Origin: Dehalococcoidia bacterium
GTDB taxonomy: Bacteria; Chloroflexota; Dehalococcoidia; Lucifugimonadales; UBA1127
NCBI GenBank assembly: GCA_965217675.1
Contig: OZ244559.1
Location: forward strand, 386,126-450,125
Direction of reading: 5' to 3'
DNA length: 64,000 nucleotides
Shown here: positions 27,616-34,840 of the stretch, piece after piece
Layout of the letters: every line of letters begins with the position of its first letter
Numbering within the stretch: the stretch's first letter is position 1
Position numbers and translations under genes: made by a program
The notes under the pieces: model-generated
Databases searched by the model: none
Told to the model about the DNA's origin: nothing
Seen by the model: the letters and a program-made list of their open reading frames with translations, nothing else

Positions 27616-28413
27616 ATGACACAGGTATTCAACGCGTACGCGGTTGGCGCCGCCAAGGGCATCGAGGAGCACGTGGCGTTTCTCGAGCCCACGCCCAAGC
27701 GCATCCGGGGGATGTTCGCCGGCGAGACGATTGTCGACTCGAGAAACGCGGTCATCATGTACGAGACGCGGCACCAGCCCGTCTACTACTTCCCACTCAC
27801 CGACGTGCGGATGGATCTGCTGAAGGAGACGGCCCACGACACCCACTGACCGATCAAGGGAGACGCTCAGTACTGGAGCGTCAAGGTTGGCGAGCGCGAA
27901 GTGGAGAACGCCGTGTGGGCGTACCCCGACCCGCTGCCGGACTGCGTGGACGCGCGCGACTACGTGGCCTTTTATTGGAACAAGATGGACAGCTGGTTCG
28001 AGGAGGACGAAGAGGTCTTCGTCGGGCCGAAGGACCCGTACACGCGGGTGGACTGCCTGGCGAGCTCTCGGCACGTCCGCGTCGAGGTGAACGGCGTGAC
28101 CGTTGCGGAGACGACCCGGTCCGTGATGATGCTGGAGACGGGGCTGCCGCACCGCTACTACATCCCCCGCGAAGACGTGAACGAGGACGTGCTGCGACCC
28201 AGCGAGCGCGTGGCGGGTTCGCCGTACAAGGGGGAGGCGAGCTTCTACCACGTCGAGGCGAGCGGCGAGGTGCTCGAGAACATCGCGTGGTCGTACGCCG
28301 AGCCGTGGGCGGAGTCGAGCAAGGTGGCGGGCTACATCTGCTTCCCGCAGGGCAAGGCCGACACCTACGTGGACGGCGAGCTGGAGCCGAAGCCGAAGAG
28401 CCGCTGGGACTAG
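27616..28413 (+). CDS. Tandem DUF427-domain protein read through one in-frame TGA (27847-27849): candidate selenocysteine codon or recent nonsense mutation
   Basis: ORFs 27616..27849 and 27901..28413 share a frame, and TGA is the only stop between them. The motif continues across it: DTH-[TGA]-PIKGDAQYWSV...NAVWAYPDP, compared with the second domain GSPYKGEASFYHV...NIAWSYAEP. AAAGGAGG RBS before ATG 27616. Confidence 0.6.
27862..27882 (+). promoter_or_regulatory. Hairpin 12 nt downstream of the in-frame TGA (SECIS-like candidate)
   Basis: Perfect 7-bp stem GACGCTC/GAGCGTC with loop AGTACTG. Confidence 0.35.
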
Positions 28414-28569
28414 GCGGCCAGCTATCCAACGCAAGGAAAAACCGTCGGGCTGTCCGCTCGGGCCATTAGACCGGTCCGGGCGGACGGCACCGGCACAGGG
28501 ATTGCCAAAGTCTTCGTCGCAAATCGTGATGAGGTTGGGCCGAGGCGCGAGAGTTGAGGGACGAGGCTT

Positions 28570-29229
28570 ATGGATATCAACGACCTTTTTACCACCGGAC
28601 TGAACTTGGATGATGCCCTGAGCCTATTGTATGACGTGGGGATCTACGTCGTGGGCATGGGCGTTTACGCGATCTTCGTCTTCAAGTTCTACCGCTTCCT
28701 GGCCTCCAAGGACATGTTTGGGCTTGACTTGAGCAGGTTTGAGGAGTCGCGCTTGCGCTGGGCCCGGTCCTCTCTCCACGTGGCCATGTACATCGTGAAG
28801 TACATCATCGTGTTTCCGATATTCGCCTTCTTCTGGTTCGGGGTGCTCACGTTGATATTGGCCTTCCTCTCCAAGGGGCAGACCTTCTCGGAAACGCTGC
28901 TGATCGCGCTCGCCACGGTCAGCGCGGTGCGTGTGACGGCTTACTACAACGAGGACCTGTCGCGGGACCTGGCCAAGATCCTGCCGTTTGCGGTGCTGGC
29001 CGTCTTCCTCATTGACACGTCGTTCTTCTCGGTGTCGCAGTCGCTGGACATCCTGCGGGAGGCCGGGGACTACACGGAGCACATCGTGTACTACCTGGCG
29101 TTCTTGGTGCTGCTGGAGTTCGTGTTGCGGCTCCTGAACGGCATCATCACGGCCTTCTCCCGTATGGCCAAACGGGTGGAGCGAGGAGGCGAGGACGTGG
29201 TGGAGCGGGACCCCACACCATACCAATAG
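28570..29229 (+). CDS. Hypothetical integral membrane protein (219 aa, ~5 TM)
   Basis: Hydrophobic segments, for example IYVVGMGVYAIFVFKFY and IIVFPIFAFFWFGVLTLILAF. GC is somewhat lower than in the neighbours. No family recognised. Confidence 0.6.
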   Translation: MDINDLFTTGLNLDDALSLLYDVGIYVVGMGVYAIFVFKFYRFLASKDMFGLDLSRFEESRLRWARSSLHVAMYIVKYIIVFPIFAFFWFGVLTLILAFLSKGQTFSETLLIALATVSAVRVTAYYNEDLSRDLAKILPFAVLAVFLIDTSFFSVSQSLDILREAGDYTEHIVYYLAFLVLLEFVLRLLNGIITAFSRMAKRVERGGEDVVERDPTPYQ

Positions 29230-29302
29230 GCTGAAGGGAGTGGGCTCCCCATATCGTCCGTTGGACCCTGACGCAAAGCCCGCGATGCATCTCGCCCGTA
29301 CG

Positions 29303-30076
29303 TCAGTGCTGACCGATGAACTCCAGCACCACGCCGTTCCAAACCTGCGGCCTTTCCCAGAATCCGGCGTGTCCCACATCTGGTAAGGAGCTGAATCGGG
29401 ACGTTGGAATGTGGGCCGCTAACAACCGCATGAGCGCTGGGGGCGCCAGGAGATCAGCATCTCCCGACAGCACCAACGTGGGAACCCGCATGCCTTGCAG
29501 CCGGGCATAGGTGATAGGCTCGCCGACCGGCGGAAAGGGACGCGTCCCGTCGGGCCTCGCGGCATGGTCGATTTCCAGCCATCGCTTCACACCCTCGGGG
29601 TTAGTGGCGCGGTAGGACGGGCCGAGTTCTCGCAGCTCCACCGGGAGGTTCTGGATCTCGGGAGGGCGGGCCCTTCGCTGGACCTCCAAGTAGGACTCAT
29701 CCTGCACGCCACCAATGGTATTGGCGGCAACCAGGCTGCGGACTCTCTCCGGGTGGGCAAGGACGTAGTCGAGAGCGATCAGTCCTCCCGCGGCCGTCGC
29801 GACCAGCTGCACCGGCGCCAGGGAGAGGCTTTCCAGCAGGGCGTGTAGGTCGTCGCTGGCGGTCTCAGGATGGAGCTCGGGGTCGGTGGCCTTGGAACGG
29901 CCCCATCCGCGCCGTTCGTAGGTGATGCAGCGGTAGCCGGCGGCGGTGAAGGCGGGCACCTGGTAGACCCAAGAGTCGGCGGTCCCCGTAAGCGCGTGAA
30001 GGAAGACCACCGAGATCCCGGGGCCACCGGTGTCCTCGTAGTACAAGTCAACGCCGGGTAGGGTCAGGTAGGGCAT
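29303..30076 (-). CDS. Alpha/beta-hydrolase-fold protein lacking the nucleophile serine
   Basis: VVFLHALTGTADSW, nucleophile elbow LVATAAGGLIAL (Ala where Ser is expected), SGDADLL and the DVGHAGFWERP His motif. Confidence 0.8.
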   Translation of the reverse strand: MPYLTLPGVDLYYEDTGGPGISVVFLHALTGTADSWVYQVPAFTAAGYRCITYERRGWGRSKATDPELHPETASDDLHALLESLSLAPVQLVATAAGGLIALDYVLAHPERVRSLVAANTIGGVQDESYLEVQRRARPPEIQNLPVELRELGPSYRATNPEGVKRWLEIDHAARPDGTRPFPPVGEPITYARLQGMRVPTLVLSGDADLLAPPALMRLLAAHIPTSRFSSLPDVGHAGFWERPQVWNGVVLEFIGQH

Positions 30077-30402
30077 GGGTCACCATCCTCCCGCAGGGCT
30101 GGCATGGATGCGCTCTTGATGAGGCTCAGGCGCCGAGGATAGGGGTTTCAGGCGTCGGGGGCAACGGTGTCGGCGGGCGTGGGCCGTAAGACGTATGCTT
30201 GTCGGTTTCGGTCGACGAAATCGAGCTGACGGGCGAACCGAGCCACTCGCTGCGTGACTTGGCGCTACTCACTTGCGACGCGGCCGACCCCTCACTGAGG
30301 CAATGGGCGTTCCCGTGGCCTTCACCGCAATAGGACGTGCTCAACACCGCGACGCCGGCGTCGTTGGCGGAGAGTCGGTCTGTGGCACCGCCGGCTTCAT
30401 GC

Positions 30403-30440
30403 GTAACAAGAAATTCACGCTGACGAAACACGGGCGAAAC
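30403..30440 (+). promoter_or_regulatory. Four pentamers with 11-nt periodicity (GlnR-box-like) upstream of the nitrate-assimilation cluster
   Basis: GTAAC-n6-TTCAC-n6-GAAAC-n6-GAAAC, ending 57 nt before ATG 30498. It resembles the actinobacterial GlnR consensus gTnAc-n6-GaAAc repeated twice. Confidence 0.3.
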
Positions 30441-30497
30441 TACCCTAGCCCATGCTTGTAGGGTATCGGTGCCGCATTCACTCAAGCGAGGTGTTCC

Positions 30498-30824
30498 ATG
30501 AAAGAGATCATTGCCATGCTGCGTCCGGAGAGGTGGCAGGCCACGCGGGTAGCCCTGAGGGCTGAGGGCGTGGAAGAGTCCTTCCAACAACGGGTCCTGG
30601 GTCGCGGACGCCAACGGGGGCTCCGCTACCTCCGGCCCGCTTCGGGAGGCAAGGAGACGGGCATGGAGTTCCTTCCCAAGCGGATGGGCGTGTGGCTTGT
30701 CCCCGACTACAAGATCGACCTGGTGATTGCCACCATCGTCCAAGCCAACGCCGGCGGGAACTACGGCGACGGCAAGATCTTCATATGCCCCATGGGCGAC
30801 GACATAGACATAACGGAGTCCTAG
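30498..30824 (+). CDS. P-II (GlnB)-like nitrogen regulatory protein, divergent
   Basis: 108 aa. GRGRQRG T-loop base and the C-terminal GDGKIFICP motif. Confidence 0.8.
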   Translation: MKEIIAMLRPERWQATRVALRAEGVEESFQQRVLGRGRQRGLRYLRPASGGKETGMEFLPKRMGVWLVPDYKIDLVIATIVQANAGGNYGDGKIFICPMGDDIDITES

Positions 30825-30853
30825 AGAAAACGGCAGGACGTGCGGAGAATTTC

Positions 30854-31502
30854 ATGCATCGTGAAGGCATCAACTACCCCAAGTTCAAGGACCAATTCGC
30901 CGCGATGGACTTCGAGGCGGAGACCATGCCGGTGCTCTCCCTCTTTCCCATGCCGGATATTCACGCCCCTCGACGACTGGGAGGTCCTGCTGACGGGCGC
31001 CGGGGGGCAGCGGCGGCTGGTCTGCGGGCGTGAGCTGCGCGACCTTCCGGTGCAGCGGCTGCGCGTCCCCATGGTGTGCCAGATCTTCAACTGGGTGGAG
31101 CGCCCGGAGGTCGAGGGCGTCCGGCTGGTGGACCTGCTGGCGGCAACGGGCATAGACACCGGGGAAAGCGGCTTCTTCGCCTTCTGCTCCAAGGACGGCC
31201 TCTACTTCGAGGGCTTGCCCCTGAGCATCGCGCGGGATCCGCGGGTGCTGCTGGTGTTCGGCCTGAACGGCGAGCCGCTGCCCAAGGAATACGGCGGCCC
31301 GCTGCGCCTGTGGGTGCCATTCCTGCAGGGGTACAAGAGCGTGAAGTGGGTGCACCAGATCCGCGTCTTCCAGAAGGACCCGGTGGGCATCAAGCGCCTG
31401 CTGGGGCAGAGCAAGACGGCGATCCTGGGCCCCGAGGGGCAGGAGCTGGCGGGAATTGTGGTCGCGAGGGTTCGCAACGGAGGCGGCGCAGTTGACGTCT
31501 AA
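30854..31502 (+). pseudogene. Sulfite-oxidase-fold molybdopterin-binding oxidoreductase (YedY/MsrP-like domain), apparently frameshifted near 30955-30966
   Basis: The plausible N-terminus MHREGINYPKFKDQFAAMDFEAETMPVLSLFPMPDIH (GGAG RBS) is in frame 2. The Mo-domain part, LDDWEVLLTGAGGQRRL..LPVQRLRVPMVCQIFNWVERPEVEGVRLVDLL...GGPLRLWVPFLQGYKSVKWV, is in frame 0, where it has no credible start of its own. Confidence 0.6.
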
Positions 31503-32911
31503 ACCCGGCGGCGCCAAGTACACCCCGCGCAAGCCGTCGCAGCAGGAGTTGGGCGCGCCTATCGACGCGAACACCGGCAAGGCCACCGGCATCCGCCTGT
31601 TCAGCGTGGCCCCGCCCCACATGCGGACCTTTCACATGACGTGGATGGCCTTCTTCCTGGCCTTCTTCGGGTGGTTCGGCATTGCCCCCATGATGGCCAT
31701 CGTTCGCGACGACCTCGGCCTCACCAAGACGCAGGTGGGCAACACCGTCATCGCCTCCGTGCTGATGACCATCGTAGCGCGGCTCTCATTGGGTGGCTGT
31801 GCGACCGCATCGGGCCGCGGCGGGCGTATGCGGGGCTGCTGATCGCCGGGTCGATTCCGGTCATGACCATCGGACTGGCCAACAGCTACGGGACCTTCCT
31901 CCTGTCCGCCTCGGCATCGGCGTCATTGGAGCGGCCTTTGTCATTACGCAGTACCACACGTCGATGATGTTCGCCCCCAACGTGGTGGGGACGGCCAACG
32001 CCACGACGGCCGGGTGGGGCAACCTGGGCGGCGGCGTGACGCAGATGGTCATGCCCCTGGTCCTGGCGGTCATGGTCGCTCTGGGAGCGAGCGAGTTTCT
32101 GGGGTGGAGACTGGCGATGGTCGTGTCCGGCGTGGCCCTGCTCTTCATGGGCCTGGCTTACTGGCGGCTGACGCAGGACGCCCCCCTGCAGCAGGGGCAG
32201 AAGGCGCTTGCGAACGTGCCCCGCGCCTCCGGGGAAGAGGGCGAAAACCCCTTCATCTCCGCCGTCAAGGACCACCGCGTGTGGGCGCTGTTCCTGATCT
32301 ACGGCGCCTGCTTCGGCATCGAGTTGACGATGCACAACATCGCCGCGCTCTACTTCCACGACCGCTTCGGCCTTGGCGTTGCCATGGCCGGACTCATGGC
32401 CGGGATGTTTGGGCTGATGAACCTCTTCGCCCGGACCCTGGGCGGGGCGTTCGGCGACAAGGCCGGGCAGACCTTCGGCCTCAAGGGCCGCACCATGTTC
32501 CTGGGCGGCGTACTCCTGCTGGAGGGGATCGCCCTCATCACCTTCTCGCAGATGGCGGTCCTGCCGCTGGCCGTTCTTTCGATGCTGGTGTTCAGCCTCT
32601 TCGTGCAGATGTCGGAAGGGGCCACCTACTCGATCGTGCCCTTCATCAACAAGCGCGCGCTCGGCACGGTGGCGGGCATCGTGGGCGCGGGCGGCAACGC
32701 CGGAGCGGTGGGCGCCGGTTTCCTGTTCAGGATGGAGTCCGTGCAGACGGAGCAGGCCCTGTTGCTCTTGGGCGTCTGCGTCCTCGCGGTGTCCACCGCC
32801 GTCTTCCTCGTCCGCTTCTCGCCCAAGACCGAGGAGGCAGAGCGGCGGGAAATGGACAGAGCGCTCGGCAAGGGCGTCCCACAACGCGTGGTCATGGTCC
32901 CATATCTTTAG
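31492..32911 (+). pseudogene. narK: MFS nitrate/nitrite transporter (NarK/NasA type) with two frameshifts
   Basis: The protein is readable only by joining three frames: ...FHMTWMAFFLAFFGWFGIAPMMAIVRDDLGLTKTQVGNTVIASVLMTIVARL | LIGWLCDRIGPRRAYAGLLIAGSIPVMTIGLANSYGTFLL | RLGIGVIGAAFVITQYHTSMMF... The shifts lie near 31783-31788 and 31903-31905. Each is consistent with a 1-nt deletion. Confidence 0.75.
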
Positions 32912-32929
32912 CCCCGGTAGGAGGCGGCA

Positions 32930-34471
32930 ATGAGACCCGGCAACAATCCCGTAGAAAAGGTCAAGGCGGAAAAGGACGGCCTCGACATCCTTGAGGAGAT
33001 CGAGGAGCTTGCCGCGAACCACGGGGGCTGGGAGACGCTCGACCCCGGCGACCGGGACCGGCTGAAGTGGATAGGCGCCTTCTTCCGCAAGCCGACGCGG
33101 GGCCAGTTCATGATGCCCATACGCGTCACCAACGGTCAGACGACCTCCGGCCAACTGCGCGCCCTGGCGGAGATCGCGCGGCGGCTGGGCAACGGCGTCC
33201 TGGACACCACCACACGCCAGCAGGTCCAGATCCGGGCCATCAAGATCGGCGCGGTGCCGGAAATCCTGGAGGCGTTGCAGGGAGTGGACCTCAACTCCTT
33301 CCAGACGGGCATGGACAACATTCGAGGGGTGAACTGCTGCCCATTGTAGGGCTTTACCGCCGCGGAGCTCTTTGACGCCGCGCCCGTCGGGGCCGAGTAC
33401 ACCGGCATCTTCCTGAAGAACAAGGAATTCACGAACCTCTCCCGCAAGTTCAACGTGACCATAACCGGCTGCTTGGAGAACTGCACTCACGGCGAGACCC
33501 AGGACCTGGGGATGTTCCCCGCGGTCCGCGAGTCCGACGGCGCGTTGGGCTTCAACGTGTCGGTTGGCGGCAAGATGGGCTCCGGCGGCATGGTGGCGGC
33601 GACTCATCTCGACATCTTCGTCGAGCCCCACGAGGCGGCCCGGCTGGCCGCGGAGATAACCCTCCTCTTCCGCGACGAAGGCGCCCGCGAACGACGCACC
33701 AAGACCCGCCTTGCCTTCATGATTGAAGAGTGGGGCGCGCAAAAATTCCGCGCCGCCTTGGAAGACCGGTAGGGTAAGCCCCTGTCGCACGCCGGACGGG
33801 ACGCCCGTAGCGCCACCAAGACCGACCACCTGGGCGTCAACGCGCAGAGCGCCCCGGGCCTGTCTTCCGTGGGCCTGTGCGTCCCCACCGGCAGGACCAG
33901 CGCCGACCAGATTGCCGGGCTGGCATTTCTGGCGGAGACTTACGGCTCCGGAGAGGTGCGCCTGACCACCAGCCAGAACGCCATCATCGTGAACGTGCCC
34001 GACGACAAACTCTCGACGCTCCTGCGCGAGCTGTCGCCCAATCCGCACCCCTTCGCGAGGGGGCTGGTAACCTGCACGGGCACGGACTACTGCAACCTCG
34101 CGCTGTTTGAGACGAAGGGCGCCGGCAAGCGGATCGCCGACATACTCGCCGCGCGTTACCCCAAGGGAATGCCGTTGACCATGCACTGGTCGGGATGCCC
34201 CTCGGGGTGCGGCAACCACCAGGCGGCGGACATCGGGTTCCAGGGCGCGAAGGCGCGGGTGGACGGCGAGGTGGTGGACGCCGTGAGCATCTATGTCGGA
34301 GGCCGCACTGGCGCTGACCCGAGGCCCGGCCAAAAGGTCATGGAACTGGTGCCGGTGGACATGCTGGAAGAAGTCCTCCCGATTGTCCTGAGCAACTTTG
34401 AGGTGCTGAAGAACATCAGGAGAGACCACGAAGCTGAAGACCAGGTGTTGATGGTCCCCGCCTTAACGTAG
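32930..34471 (+). pseudogene. nirA: Ferredoxin-dependent nitrite/sulfite reductase (NirA type) with two in-frame TAG codons
   Basis: A single frame runs from ATG 32930 (GGAGG RBS) to 34471, interrupted only by TAG 33347-33349 (..RGVNCCPL*GFTAAELFD..) and TAG 33770-33772 (..FRAALEDR*GKPLSHAG..). Siroheme/4Fe-4S Cys motifs CTGTDYCNLA and SGCPSGCGNH are present. Confidence 0.8.
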
Positions 34472-34498
34472 GTCTAACAAATTCAAGGAGGAGCCCCG

Positions 34499-34816
34499 AT
34501 GAAGATGGTCCGCGCAGTCATACGCCCGGAGAAGGAAGGCGAGGTTGCGGTTGCCTTGGCCGCCGCCAACCTGCCCGCACTGACCAAGTGGGACGTGCTG
34601 GGACACGGCAAACAACAGGGTATTCAGGTGGGCAGCCAACTGTATGAGGACCTGTCCAAGTCCATGATGCTCGTTGTCGTTGAGGACGATATGGTGGACT
34701 CGACGGTCCAGGTCATCCATGAGGCCGCTTACACCGGGTATCCCGGCGACGGCAAGATCTTCGTCACGCCGGTGGAATCCGCCTTCACGGTTCGCACCGG
34801 CAAGTCGGAACTGTAA
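34499..34816 (+). CDS. P-II (GlnB)-like nitrogen regulatory protein, second divergent paralog
   Basis: 105 aa. MKMVRAVIRPEK... and GDGKIFVTPVESAFTVRTG. AAGGAGG RBS. Confidence 0.8.
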   Translation: MKMVRAVIRPEKEGEVAVALAAANLPALTKWDVLGHGKQQGIQVGSQLYEDLSKSMMLVVVEDDMVDSTVQVIHEAAYTGYPGDGKIFVTPVESAFTVRTGKSEL

Positions 34817-34840
34817 AGTTGGGGCAGGCGGAGACTGTCG

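Noticed and set aside
30692-31033. 113-aa ORF treated as an independent gene upstream of the Mo-domain ORF.
   Set aside because: Only its residues from Met 30854 look protein-like. After ~35 codons it becomes Gly/Arg/Ala-rich, exactly where the Mo-domain sequence picks up in another frame. It is interpreted as the N-terminus of a frameshifted gene.
33347-33772. TAG codons in nirA as pyrrolysine or genome-wide amber reassignment.
   Set aside because: TAG is the terminator of at least 15 well-bounded genes in this window (for example 4494, 7405, 25027, 28411, 38808, 50268, 63589). No pyl genes or methylamine methyltransferases are seen. Nonsense mutation or error is more parsimonious.
31886-34429. 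Very long antisense ORF (847 aa). Similar long ORFs occur at 16258..17352(-), 17199..19088(-), 48840..50405(-), 51803..52912(-), 9000..10529(+), 10779..11960(+) and 54092..55342(+).
   Set aside because: All lie opposite or out of frame to genes with clear family motifs. Their translations are Arg/Gly/His/Pro/Ala-rich with no motifs. These are typical shadow ORFs of a high-GC genome.
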